From positions 3,224,001-3,288,000 of the forward strand of contig JAWMAR010000033.1 of NCBI GenBank assembly GCA_036785375.1: a DNA stretch of 64,000 nucleotides, read 5' to 3'. The notes beneath the pieces are model-generated. The model saw only the letters and a list, made by a program, of their open reading frames with translations, ran no database searches and was not told the origin of the DNA. The stretch comes from Leucoraja ocellata. Its lineage: Eukaryota. Position numbers and translations under genes: made by a program. Numbering within the stretch: position 1 is the stretch's first letter; each line of letters starts with the position of its first letter. This document shows, piece by piece, positions 12,382 through 25,183 of the stretch.

Positions 12382-13745
12382 AGTGGTTTTGATGGTGACT
12401 GCGAAACGACAGGATTGCTCCAAACCTATCTGATGTATGGAATGCTTACTAAATGCTTCAGGGGGAAATTAATTTGGTGTTCTTACCTATATGTGACTCC
12501 TGACCAATACTGTTTGAGAACTACTGTCTCATTTTGGAGATAAAAATATAGCTGTGGATTCCAGAAACTGGTCCATTAACCAAGCTTGTCCAACTATAAA
12601 ACACTCATCTTTAAGATAGTTAAGAATGGATATTAAATAGTGGCATTGCCAGTGGTGACCCCCATCCTATGAATGGAGAAATAAAAGGCTTTGAGATGAA
12701 GTTATAATGATGAAAAAGTAGTTTTGAGCTTCTTTGATAATGCAGTGGGAACAAATAGCCACAGAATGTATCCAGTGTATCCTATTCTCATGTCTTGAAT
12801 TCCCTCCTTCAAACTTTCACCACATGTGCATATATCTTTTATTATGCAGCTTAGAGCATATTTAATTTGAATGCCACCCTTGGAATGTTTTGACTATGGT
12901 ATGTAAATATAATTTATTTGTTGCTGTTTCAAAGGGTTGTGTCACTCTTTTTGGTCATAATATTAAACTGATTGACCAGCATTAGCTTCTGGTTTGATAG
13001 TCAGTCAGTTTTAAAATTCTCATCAGATCACTCCATAGATTGGCTTCTCTCTAAAATTGTTGAACTTGACATCATCCAGAGTTTTAACTGTATATTACTA
13101 CAAAAACAATGTAATACCTGTACAAAGCACAAAGTAATATACCACTATGATATACCACAATTTATAATTGAAAGTTAAGATCATTGCTGGATTGATTTAA
13201 AGCTCTGTCAATTAAAGCTCTCTCACCATTTTGCCTTTATAGATATGTATATAACGCCGCAGAATTGTGCACCTATCCCCCCCCCTTCTCCCTTTTGTTT
13301 TTGTTTTCTGTTTCTTGTTTTTTGTACTAAATTATATGTATGCACTGAGTACAAGCAGCTTTTAATTTCATTGTACATGTATAGTGACAATAAATGGCAT
13401 ATCTATCTATATCTATATATATCTAATTGAGCATAAAGTAATCAATTGACACACGATGACTAAAGCGATTTATAGAATTTAGAACGATCATATAAATATT
13501 AATCAATAGGCATTTTAGAAAATGAAGAGAATAGGGATGTTAAAAATGATGTAAGAGTACAGAAAAGTACATCGTGAGCCGCTGAGAGAAAATAAATTGT
13601 GTGTGCAATATGCTGTACAATGAATTGTACCACTTGGGAAAAGTAATTGGGTTCAGAATTCCAAAACCTAGGTAGGTCATTTGTTTTGCGCACAAATGAA
13701 TGATTTATGGGTATTTATTAAGAAATTGCGATTTGAATTTTCAGG

Positions 13746-13873
13746 ATGAAGCAGCTTGTATATTTTCTTCTGGTTGGATTGAACATTCTTTCTCATATGG
13801 AAGTGGATTCATCAGTCGATTTGGAAGAATCAATATGTATTTTTAAAAACGGCGGTGACAGCAGTATTTGCAG
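13746..13873 (+). CDS. PEBP4: PEBP4 exon 2 (signal-peptide-like N-terminus; exon starts 13745)
   Basis: Acceptor tttgaattttcag|G ATG. It encodes MKQLVYFLLVGLNILSHMEVDSSVDLEESICIFKNGGDSSIC(R), a hydrophobic leader plus two Cys comparable to human PEBP4 (SPCAHEALLDEDTLFCQ). It ends in phase 2 at CAG|GCAAGC, matching the phase of the next exon. Confidence 0.88.
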
Positions 13874-13959
13874 GCAAGCTCATCAATGATAACTTACTCT
13901 GGAATAGTATACTTGGCTCCAATTTAAACTCGCTTATTGGCATGCTTGCATTCATCATA

Positions 13960-13960
<1 letters not shown>

Positions 13961-13992
<32 letters not shown>
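13961..13992 (+). repeat. (TAGA)n microsatellite
   Basis: Eight consecutive TAGA units, about 90 bp after the exon 2 donor. Confidence 0.95.
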
Positions 13993-15624
13993 ATTTATTG
14001 GAAACGGTACACCCACAGAGTGTAATCCCTGCATTTTGCCAGTGGTATGCTTAATATAGATATAGGCTATTCAAAAATGAGTGAAATTAATTTATATTGT
14101 TTAGTTATGTTATGTACATTAGTACCAATGATTTTGGTATTGTTTTCCTTGAGTTTCATTTCATTGTTTATTATGAACACACTTTTATTTGATTTTTTTT
14201 TCTGAATGAGCAACAGCAATAAAATTCATCAAATAAACCAAATGTTGAATTGGTATCAAGTACCATGTAAAGCCAAGTTCTTGTCACCAAATTGTTGAGG
14301 TATTTATTCAATAATATATAATGAGTGCTGGTAGACAGAATGACATGGGAATCATTGAAGCTCATTGTAGAGGAATATAGCTAAGTACACACATGTATAC
14401 TGCCAGGAACAAATGCCCAGGAATGAAAGAGATTACAGAAAGTGGTAGACACTACATGTTCTATCACATGTACTGACCTCCCCATAATCAAGGGCATCTA
14501 TTGGAGGCATTGCCAAAAGGCAGCCACTATCATCAAGGACCCTCGCCACCCAGCCCATTCGTATGGACTGTTAAGCTGCTGCAAATAAGAATGTCATTGT
14601 TAAATTGTCCATACATATGGCAAATAAATATTCTTGATGCTTGGGCATCTAACACATTAATGAATACCACTTCTGATGTTATTTTTCATTTTGTTGATTT
14701 TACCAAGAAGATTGGTCATATTGAAAGTAAAATGTCTGATTGTGTCTTAAGTTGGCTGGTGACCATTGACCATTTTTGGATAAGTAGAAGTTTCTCATGC
14801 CTTTTTCTTTTAATCATTGTATGGCCCAAATTGACATTGTTACAACCAATAGGTGGAACATTTCCAGCAAACATTGTGTGCTTTCTTCCAAATATGGAAA
14901 CCTGAAGCATTGCTCCCTTAAGAAGTGTGAAACTTAAACAGAAGTACTGTAAAAGAATCATAAGATAAAGGGGGACTGATGGTAGAGTTACAGCTTTCTG
15001 TGCTGTGGCTTTGTCATAGCATAGAAACAGGTAATCGGATCCAGGAAGCCTGCATTGGTGTTTTTATCTCCAAATCTATTATATCCTTTTTAATTTTTTG
15101 TATGCTTTGTTATTTCATTTGCAATGTCTATTTACGTTGATGTTTTTTGATATTGTCTTCTTTTCACCGCCCTGGCTATTGAAAACAATTTACCAATATT
15201 GACTTTCAACTCATAATAATGTTAGGTTTATGTTCTATTATCTCAGCTCTAGTGAAACTGTTATTGGATTCTCTTAATAATTTGTGCACTCATTTAAAAT
15301 GTTAGTGGTTCTTTATAGTACTGTACCTTCATAGTTACATCTATATCCATGTAATAGGTTATAGATTCACATTTTTATTTTACGGCTTTGTTTTTAAACA
15401 CACTCAAAACAAAAATCAAATTAATGCACTGCTAATTAAAAAAATTGGTGGCATGAAAACAATGTGCAAAAATTATAATCAATCATTATGTTTGAACAGC
15501 AATGATTAAGCAGCTGCGATTCTCTGTCAACTGTTATGCATTCCCTATGTCTCCCCTAAGGTTATGATTTACTGGGTAAGGTGTAAAACCAGAAAGATTT
15601 ACAACCAATCAACAAAGTAGCGGA

Positions 15625-15920
15625 GGAATTTAGCCAGTCAGGCAGCATCTATAGATGTTTGAGTTGGTGCCCTTCTTTAGACTGATGGAGTAGGGGGGAG
15701 AAAGCTGGAAAAGAAAGGTGCGGGTGCAGCAAAGCCCCATAAGGTGCTCTTCTGGGCTTTTACCCCAAACCTACCTATTTTTTCCAACAAAGAGTCTACA
15801 CTAGAGAGGTCTTCTGTCCATTCTCTGCACAACTGGTGCCTGACCCACTGAGTTCTCCCAGTATTTTGGGGGGGGGGGGGGTGCTCCATTTTCCAGCATC
15901 TGCAATCTCTTGCGTCTCGA
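15625..15920. mobile_element. Penelope terminal repeats in inverted arrangement, decayed
   Basis: The left part matches the minus strand and the right part the plus strand of the 12285-12381 terminus. Confidence 0.6.
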
Positions 15921-16295
15921 AGATATAGAACCATTTTGGGGAGGTAAATTCTGCAAAATTCCTCTCTAATGGACCACCATGACCCTGCTTAGATGTTTGC
16001 AATCAGTCCCTTACAGTATCTACCTGTTCTGGGTGATGACTTCCATATTAGATTTCTGCTTGCGAGAACTCGGCAAATCACCATCTATCACATGAAAGAA
16101 CAAACTATAGGTAGTGCAGTTGTCCTCTTCCATCCTGTGCCAAAGACCAAGTCTTGACACCTAATCTTGAAATAGCAATATTCAAAAAAACCTTTGTGCT
16201 TTACAATCTGTTGGAGTGATCTATCTCCCCCAAACACAATTACCTGTACTGATTTTGTCATCTTATGAAATAGAATTCTGGTAGTGACTAATTTG

Positions 16296-16312
16296 TGCCA
16301 CTAGGTGGTACA
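16296..16312 (+). promoter_or_regulatory. Candidate CTCF site
   Basis: TGCCACTAGGTGGTACA resembles the CTCF core CCAC/GYAGR(G/T)GGCR. Motif match only. Confidence 0.45.
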
Positions 16313-17378
16313 GGCGTGCTTTATATTTCATTTTGAAAAGTTGCAACTTCACTGGAAAACTAAAAGGAATTACGCTTGGAGGTAAACTAATTGAAACTTA
16401 TCATATTCATACTCCGTGTAAAACCAGGATTTAAAAAAAAAGTACTATTTGGTTACCTGTCCCGAGTCTGAATGGGTTATGTGTGAATTCAGCTTGAGAC
16501 GGGTCTTTGTTATGCCAAGACAATTTTGGTTTTGGTCAGATTAGGTATGCTGTTCTGGTGCAGGTCAGTACGTTATCCAGGCTAGTTTAATATGGTGCCA
16601 GTGAGTAGTGGTTGAGCTACATTGACACTTCATTAAAGAATTTGACTCTTAATGGAAGGGTTCTTTTCAGAAATGGCTTAAGGTTTGACTCGGTCAGCAG
16701 AGGGAGTGGATGGAAAATATTGCTTAGATTTGATGTTATATTTGCATTGCTGTCATAGCTAGGTAGTGAGGCGAAGATAAGGGAATTCAATTAAAGCAAA
16801 TCAATTAAAACACTATAAAACTGAAGTAATTAAAAAGATCAAATGAAACCTATATAAAATGAAAAGAGTTACTCAATTTCATCTTACCTTTTTGTTTGTT
16901 CAACACTCATTCAAATTAATAGGCTTGTGCATCATGCATTAAATCCAAGAACGGAATCCCCAATATCGGTTTTAGTGAATCCCAATAAGCTTCTGCTTTG
17001 TCATTAGGCTCCGTGCAGAGCCCAAGGAGGAGTGCAGGTGGAATTTGCTGGTGAGTTTACCTGGCAAGTTCAAGGTTCAGCATCTGTGTGGAGGTCTGAA
17101 GGTATAGTAATAAGAGGCCTTGCTGGCAGTTATGCTGTGAAATTCTGGCCGAACCACAATAAAATTTGCACCATCATATTCTTGGCTGGATGGTTTTACC
17201 TCTCCTTTTCCAATGCTATTCATAATAACATGTATTTATGGATGTAAAAGACTGATTGAAATATAAAATTCCATTGTTTCCATGGCAAAACTAAAATTTT
17301 AAGATTGATTTTACTGCTCTGCGCCTTTCATGATGTTCAGAATCATATATTTATTTTTTAAATTCTGTTAATTTCCAG

Positions 17379-17511
17379 GGGTGATCTCAAAGTGATTTAT
17401 CCAGAATTGGGAAATGCAGCATGCATCGTCATCCCAAAATGTCATAATTTCCGAAAGCTCCTGAGCAAAAAATGGAGTGCACCAAATGTTAGATTTCCTG
17501 ATGCCATGGAG
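17379..17511 (+). CDS. PEBP4: PEBP4 exon 3
   Basis: Acceptor ttaatttccag| and donor GAG|GTAAAT. It encodes GDLKVIYPELGNAACIVIPKCHNFRKLLSKKWSAPNVRFPDAME, which aligns with human PEBP4 [42 protein letters not shown]. Confidence 0.95.
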
Positions 17512-18399
17512 GTAAATTATTGCAATAAAAGCAGCTTTATATGAATTGTTTACATCTAAAGTTGTTGATTGAATACCAGTTTACTATTGAAGGCTGCCAT
17601 AGAAATAAGTGCCTGCTAAACAATACTTTCATAAGGTTAAGAAGTAATATAAAAATATCATCAGTAATGTTAGGGTTGTAAGATTGATTGCATTCTGATA
17701 AAGATGGCAGAAGAGCAGAAAGTACTGTAAATATGCATATATACTTTTATTTGTATTTCTGGATATGGACCTCACTAGCAATCCCAAGATTTATTATGCA
17801 TCTGCCAGCATCCCAGAAGTTGTTTGGTAGGCATTTTCATAAAAATAAATATATGAGTGCTGCTGTGGAACTGGAATCAAATATGGACCAGACCAGATAA
17901 CAGTTCCCCGAAGAACGCCAGTGAATGATGCATCTTGATAATGCTCCTTTGGTCCTGAGACTAGTTGTTAATTCCAGATTGTTAACTGAATTTAAAATTC
18001 CACAACTACCCAGGCGGAATTGAAATCATTTTTTTGAATTATTAGTTGTGGACTATGGATTCATGGTCCAGTAACTTAACTACAGATTGATTGCCTCAAA
18101 ACATGTTGCAGCCAATAGTATTTGAAATATAACAATCTATGAATAAGCATTTCGACAATGCAACTTTATTTAAATTTATTGGAAGCATAATTTTTATTAT
18201 ACTAGTGAGAGATGGGAATTACTTAAGTCATTGTACAGGAAAATAATGTTAGTAATTTAATTAATTAAAAATAACGAAACTGGAATTCAGTGATAAACCT
18301 CTGTAGATGTTTTAAATTTGGATTTTACTCTCACTCCTCCCCAATCGGCTCTAATCCAAACCTTTAGGATCAACTGATACAGAAATGAAGGTTGAGGCA

Positions 18400-19560
18400 T
18401 GATTTCAATCTTGGCCCTTCAGCCTGCTTCTTAAAACCTGCGTGGACTCACGGACTGGAGTTGTCGTGAACATTTACAACTTCTAACTACTACGATACAC
18501 GGTCCGCACCTGCTTTAGAAGAACATCCATAATACCAGTGCTCACGAAAAGCAAGGTAACGTGGCTCAACGACTACTGACTGGTGGCACTTATGTCCATT
18601 GTGATTAAGTCTTTTGAGAGGTTGGTTATGACGTATATCAGCTCCTGCTTCAGGCAGGATCTGGATCCAGTTCAATTTGCTTGCCGGCACAATGGGTCTA
18701 TAGTGGATACAATCATGTTCGCTCTCCACAGCCATGGATCACTTGGACAACAGGAAAATGTACGTCAGCCCATTGTTTATCAAATTCAACTTGACATTCA
18801 GCACCATCATCCCTTAAAAACGTGTTGTCAACTCAGGAGCTGAATATTTGCTCGTCCCCATGGTACTGGAGTTTTGACTACTTCATCGGCACTCAATTGG
18901 TATGGTAGTGCAAACGCCAATTTCTCTTTGCTGACCATTAGCACAGAGGCACCTCCAGGGGTTCTGTTTACCATGACTGTTTAGTCAAACTCGATTCCAA
19001 TACCATTTTAAACTCGTTGATTGTACCATGATGGTTGGATGAATAAAGAGTAACTACGAGTCAAAGCATAGGAGGGAAATCGATTATTTACTCAAGTGGT
19101 GCCAGAACAACAAGCTTGCTTGCAACGTTCATAGAAGAAAGTAGTTGATCATTGACGTCAGCATGGGTAAGCCAAGGGTTCATGCACCTGTCTTCAATGG
19201 TGAGACGGCAATGGAGGGAGAGAGTTAACGGCTTCACATTCCTGACCGCGCACATCTCTAATGGTCTATTCTCAACTCAGCAACTTGATGCAATTGCCAT
19301 GAAAGCTTGCCAACACCTACTATTTCAGAAATTTGAGGCGATTTGGCATCTGAATAATTGATGCTATGGACATTTTAAAAGGTTGCGCTGCATACTATGG
19401 ATTGCGCTATCATGACCTGGTTTAACTAGTATAACTGATCGTTTATGGTATAATCATTTGTTGTGTTAATGTGTTTAATGTATGGTAATATGGTAAAGCT
19501 GCAGCAAGTAGGAATTTCATTTTAACAGACCTGTTGCTTATGATAATTAAACATTCATGT
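18400..19560 (+). mobile_element. Degenerate Rex1/Babar LINE RT region
   Basis: Frameshifted remnants such as LNDY*LVALMSIVIKSFERLVMTYISSCFRQDLDPVQFACRHNGSIVDTI correspond to the Rex1 RT motif LNDYRPVALTSxxMKCFERLV...LDPLQFAYR. Confidence 0.85.
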
Positions 19561-20138
19561 CTTGATGATTGGAGAAGTGGACTAAATCTGAGGTTGCAAG
19601 TAGTGCGAGATCTTGGAACTATGATAATAATGGAAATTAGCCTAGGGAGTTTGTAAGGCACTTCACCCTGAAATGGATGAAGAAATACGATTCTCATGAG
19701 GGAGAAGTTGGGACCGAGGAAGTTTGAAATTTCACCTAGGGTGGTACATGGGTCTCTCTGTATTTAAGGGTGTATTGCTCTTCTTGTTTAGACTGAAAAA
19801 AGATTGTAGATACTGAATACTGACGAGATCTTGGAAAATGTAGGGTTTAGCCTCCATGAGTGGACTTCACATACAAAGATCTCCATGTTGAACAACTGAA
19901 TGGTGATAGGGCTGATTATTCTCATCTGGGTTGTCACTGTGATAAAACACTGCCTGTTAGATTTCCCTCCTGGCTTATTATTTTATTTGCAGTTTCTAAT
20001 AGTTACAGAAAATTAGACATGGAAGATTTTAACTATATTACCTGAAGATTAAAAGTAATTGGCTAAAGCCAGAATTCTGATTTCAACAGATTAGTTTTGA
20101 ATTGCCATTTGTTCAATTCCATGCACGGTGGGAAAGAT

Positions 20139-20172
20139 TGCAGGTAAAATAATATAACAGTAGATGGCACTA
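20139..20172 (+). promoter_or_regulatory. Candidate CTCF site with upstream module
   Basis: Core ACAGTAGATGGCACTA (20157-20172), with TGCAG 13 nt upstream (20139-20143) as in CTCF sites carrying the upstream motif. Confidence 0.55.
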
Positions 20173-20272
20173 GCACAACTGAATTTCATTCGGTTTATCA
20201 ACATGTATCAATATGATTTCATTGCAATTCGTTCCATCCTGTCTATTAGTTGTCCTCGGTACACTGGGATTA

Positions 20273-20960
20273 TCCACCGGGTGGCGCCAGCAATGACTGC
20301 TTCGCCAATAGTCTGTCTGTCCTTCCTTCTTTGTGTTTAAATAGTATGTATTAAATGTATGTTTTAGTGTTCTTTAGCTTGTTTTATGTGGGGGTGAGAG
20401 GGGGGGGGAACATTTTTCTAATCGCTTACCTTGACGGAGAAGCAATTTTATTTTTTTATTTTTTTGTTGTTGTTGTCATATTGTATCTCCGTCCGCACTG
20501 CGGCCTAACATCGAGGAGTTGTCAGCCTTTGCTGGAGATCGACCGGGAGCTACATCACAGGGAACCTGCGGACTTCCCATCACGGAGCCTGCGATCCCTT
20601 TGCCAGATATCGACCTCGGAGCTCCAATCGTGGGTGCCTGCGAACATCGCGGAGCTCGTGGTCTCAGGTTAGAGACTGTTTTTGGGGAAAGTCCAAGCCG
20701 CAGGAGCTTCGATCGCCCCGACGGCGGGAGCTTCGATCGCCCGACTGCGGATGATTCGTCTGCCCCGAACGGGGGAGAATAAAGAGGAAGAAGATTGGAC
20801 TTTTTTTACCTTCCATCACAGTGAGGAATGTGGGGAATCCGCTGTGGTAGATGTTAACTTTTATGTAGTTGTGTGTCTTTTTGCTTTTTTTTTCGTATGG
20901 CTGTATGGTAATTCACATATCATTGGTACACGTGACAATAAAAGACCTTTGAAACCTTTG
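20273..20960 (+). mobile_element. Non-coding LINE-tailed retroposon, copy A
   Basis: GC-rich head GTGGCGCCAGCAATGACTGC, shared CCTTCCATCACAGTGAGGA hairpin module, and 3' TGACAATAAA with (CCTTTGA)2. Homologous to 22455-22740 and 27903-28729. Confidence 0.7.
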
Positions 20961-21367
20961 AATAAATGTTATGCAGTAATCAATTTAAGATTGTTACATT
21001 CTCGTGGCAGGTAGTAATCTCCATTGAATATAATTATGTATAGTAGAATATGGAGCACCTTGCAAGCTGCAAATAATAACAAATAGAGGCCTGAGAACTA
21101 GATTTTCATGCACAAACTGTGCTTGCAAGTAATTGTGCAAGGTTTGAATCATACAGGCTATTTACTTCCAGTTAAAATCACCTACATTTGGGGCACTTTT
21201 CTATGTAATTCATCTGAATAAATTAAGTTTTTTCCTGCCCCATTTATGCACTACATATTAAAATTCATTTACCGTTCTTTCCTTTAATTATTTACATCAA
21301 TTGGAGCTTTTGAATGCAAACTATGAAATTTGTTGGGTGCCACAAAAACCTCCATATTGTGCGGATG

Positions 21368-22230
21368 TCAGACAAAGTGGGACCCGTTGGGTCCCAGCTT
21401 CACACGGGGGGGCTGGTCCCCCAACGCAATATTCCACCTCTCCACCAATTCCAATAATGCTGGCCAGTGGGTGGGGGGGGCTTTCTGGAGCGCATGCATT
21501 GGTGTTGTGGGCTGAAGGGACTGGTTTCCAGAGGGCTAGTATGGACATTGTGGGCTGAATGGATTCTTGGGCAAGCAGCTCAGTCACGGAGGCCTGGCAG
21601 CTCAGTCACGGAGGCCTGGCAGCTCAGTCAGCTGAGAAACTGCCAGAAAATCTGCCGAAAACAGGTGACAGACTCTGAGAAAGAAGGGGGAGAGTGTGGA
21701 CAATCAATTTTAGACAGTTTCATCTTTTTTTACAGATCACAGCAATAAAGGAGGAAAGTCTATCCTTGCGTGGATCTCTGGAGCGCTAGTATGGGTGTTG
21801 TGTGCTGAAGGGACTGGTTTCCAGAGGGCTAGTATGGACATTGTGGACTGAATGGATTCTTGTACTTGCAGTTCAATCACTGGTGGGCTGGCAGTTCACT
21901 TTCTGAGGGCTGGTGGGCTGGCAGTGCAGTCACTCACAGCTGGTGTGGTGGCAGATCACTCAGTCACCCCTCCTCCCAGATCACTCAGTCACCCCCTCAC
22001 TCTGCTCCTTGCCATTCCCCTCCCCCCCCCCCCCCCCCCCAACGCATTCAATCCATCTCCCCTCAACCTCCCCCTAACTCTTAGTGGCTCTCCAACAGTG
22101 CAGCCATTCCTGCCTATTAGGTTCCCATTGTGATGAAGAACACGCAGGCATTGCAAGTGGAAAAAGGATTTATTAAAGTTTAAAATGTGACTGACTCTTT
22201 AAAAATATAACAGCAATTTAAATATTAAAG
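21368..22230 (-). mobile_element. Non-autonomous Helitron-like element, partial
   Basis: 21370-21570 is the reverse complement of 48860-49050, including the subterminal hairpin GGGACCCAACGGGTCCC. It has an internal 22-bp tandem repeat (21576-21630) and a duplicated block. The right boundary is approximate. Confidence 0.7.
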
Positions 22231-22454
22231 ATGAGATGTATTAAGTTCTTTCTTGTTGTGTCTCCATCAGTTCCCGGAGGAACTGATGGAGGTGATGAAT
22301 ATGTTTGCTTGAGATAGTTCTGGGAGAGAGAAAGCTTCAAAATGCAGTCATTCAACACAAAGTAGCCTTTCAGCCATAGGATCATTTTCAAGTTACTTGT
22401 AAGCTGTTAGGAATGTAAATACATTAATAAATACGTGACAAAAATCAATTTGTC

Positions 22455-22740
22455 AAGACCGGAAAAGTCGGCGCTGCCCAAGCAGCTGCGGCTCGCCTGC
22501 AGTCCGTCTGTCTGTTTGCCCAACAGAGCCTCGATGCAGCGGGAGAAGAAGCAAAGAAGAGATAAGACTTTTTTCCTTCCATCACAGTGAGGAGGTGCCC
22601 GGAGATTCACTGTGATGAATGTTTGTGTTAAGTTGTGTTCATTGTGTGTTTTGTCGCTTTTTACTGTAATGACTGCATGGTACGAAATTTTGTTCAAACC
22701 TGTTTGAATGAGAATAAAGGAAATTCAATTTAATTCAAAT
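22455..22740 (+). mobile_element. Non-coding LINE-tailed retroposon, copy B (internally shortened)
   Basis: Same head type, hairpin module CATCACAGTGA...TCACTGTGATG, and AATAAA with an (ATTCA)-like tail. Confidence 0.7.
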
Positions 22741-23515
22741 TGGTTCACATGATTAAAAATGTACGTACTGTGGAATGAAATAAAATGACATTTTCCCTAA
22801 CATTTTGTTTTAACTGGAAATATTCTCTTGCATGTTGTGTTGGAAGAGTTGAGGCGATTCCCGTATCTAACCCATGTCAAGGTGTGTTATTTTTGAACAT
22901 TGTGAAAAGTTAGACTTTGTGCTATAAGTAAGTCAAACTATGTTGTCCAACATAGTAAAACGTTGTCGTTCCAGGAGTGCCTGGTTGGCCTGCCATTTGC
23001 CTACCGACAGTTCTACCTTTTGACCCTCCAAATGGTATAGGAACAGCTATGTTGCTTTCTTCCTAAATGGCCAGGTTCACCCACTCCATCACTGTCACCA
23101 TTTAAAATCTCTGGATATGATTAATCTGTTTTTAATGGTCTTTTGTTGGAATAGTCAAACTTTTGTGCAGCTCCTCAGTGTGCATGTAGTTTCAAATTAC
23201 ATTAATATGTTTCCAATTATCTGTTTTATAGCACTGTAAATCCAATTCTCACACCGTCATTAATTTTGGTAAACATAGTACAGGAGCTAAAATCTTGGAA
23301 GGATAGAAAGGTTCATTAAATCTAAAAGGGAAGGCTTGTGTTTCCATGAAACAATTCATGTCCTCGGGGCACCACGGCTATTGAAATACTTTCTAAAGTG
23401 TAACCACTGTTATAAAGTAAGGAACCGAATGTTGCCCTACCACCATTCTTAACATTTTGTGACGTGGTTCGAACCAAGCTAAAGGCCTGACTGGTCAGCC
23501 ATACTGCAAAACCCC

Positions 23516-23546
<31 letters not shown>

Positions 23547-23788
23547 GTTCACCCTGTGGCCACCCACTGCCCTGGAAAGTCCCTGCACCCACTGTCAGTT
23601 CAGGCTGCCAAAGGCATTTTCTTATTTTAATAATCTTAGAAATTGAGTGGAATAGTTAAAATAATCACTATCTAAATGGCTTTAAATTAATTAAAAATGT
23701 AAGGCTAGAGTAAAATAAAGAAAAATCTAACACTCCTGTTTATAATCAGTCATTGATTCCATTTACATGAATAAGGTTGTGCTCCTTA

Positions 23789-24001
23789 TGCTCCTGTCCC
23801 ACTTAGGCAACCCGAACGGAAACTTCTGGAGACTTTGCGCCCCACCCAAGGTTTCTGTGCGGTTCCCGGAGCTGGCAGGTGGTTGCTGGAGGTTGCAGGT
23901 AGGAAGACTGACAAAAACCTCCGGGAACCGCATGGAAACCTTGGGTGGGGCGCAAAGTCTCCAGAGGTTTCCGTTCAGGTTTCCTAAGTGGGACAGGGGC
24001 A
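23789..24001. mobile_element. PIF/Harbinger-like MITE
   Basis: About 80-bp inverted arms (TGCYCCTGTCCCACTTAGG...CCTAAGTGGGACAGGGGCA) flanked by TTA/TTA. A second copy lies at 40738-40962. Confidence 0.85.
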
Positions 24002-24943
24002 TTACCCCAGCCACCTTTAGCGTAAAGCTGAGGAATACATGCAAAAGGCAGTTGGCCCCTCGGCTCAGTATATGATCGCATTTCCTTGAGGTGGGACAAG
24101 TGGTGGAGCAGGGGGTCAGGTGTGCCAGTGGTGCTTGCATCACACAGGTGATCAAGTCGGGGATGAATTGACTCCCAAAGGCATTATTGGCAGATCTGCA
24201 TGCCACAGATATACCGAGGTAAGTACATGTCAGTCTTTTAATGATTTAATTGTTTTGTATACTCTTGTAATGATTGTGTTTAATAACCCATCAAAACTCT
24301 CATTCTTTGGTTTGGAGTCATTTTCTGTTTGATTACACGCCATAGTAGATTTCATATGATGCCACCAAGCAATTTATAATAGGTTGTGATTAAGAAGGAA
24401 GACGTTATCACATTATTTATTTAATTATTATCCTGTTTGGGGTTTTTTTGCCATTCGTATGCACATTGTGGCGAAGCGAAGAAGCCTGTATAAAAAGTTA
24501 CGCTGTTATTTTTGATGGAGAATTAAATGAATTTAGCCACCAGATATGTTTCTTTCTTGTGGGCTTGTGGTTACCTGGTTAAGGCAATATGTTGCTCAGT
24601 GGTTGTACAGTAGGTTAATATTTGTGCAAGTCCGAATAATTGATGTAGACAGAGTGTTTGATTGTTCTGTTCAGCAGGTGTGATGCAGAAAGCCCAGTGC
24701 CTGTAACTTTGCACTTTGCACAAGATTTACAAGACAGTGCTTGTTTTTTTAGTCAGCGTCACAAAACCTAATCCAATATGACTAGTGCTGTCGTGGCTAA
24801 TGTTTTCCAGCTGTAGAATAGAACATCTGAGGCTGCTCAGGAGTAAAGTTCCCTCTTAAGTATTGGCATGTCGCTATTGCCTTTGGTCCCTGCTGCAGGC
24901 TTTGTTGTTTAGCCACAGACTTTATCTGTTCCTTAGCAATTGG

Positions 24944-25183
24944 CAAGAGCGGAACTCGCTATCAAAACATGGAGGGGACGGGGGACACAATTTTTTGGCG
25001 GCCACACGCGCATGAGCACACTCACTCGCGAGGCTTCGGAGGCTCAATCCAGCGCTAAAAGCGGAGATTTTAAAATCGGGATGACAAAAACTTGGGGGGG
25101 GGGGGGGGGATGTCCCCCACCTCTCAAAACATGGGGGGGGGGACGTGTCCCCTCTGGCCCCCCCCCCGGGTTTTCCGCCCCTG
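24944..25183. mobile_element. hAT-type MITE
   Basis: Imperfect TIRs CAAGAGCGGAA / TTCCGCCCCTG and a perfect 8-bp target duplication GCAATTGG (24936-24943 and 25184-25191). Confidence 0.85.

Noticed and set aside
14888-14897. CArG box CCAAATATGG (another at 56068-56077)
   Set aside because: Isolated CC(A/T)6GG matches are expected in AT-rich DNA, and the second lies in old repeat sequence.
21576-21630. 22-bp tandem repeat, and similar short arrays at 48265-48385, as CRISPR-like arrays
   Set aside because: The DNA is eukaryotic, there are no unique spacers, and both arrays are minisatellites inside Helitron-like elements.
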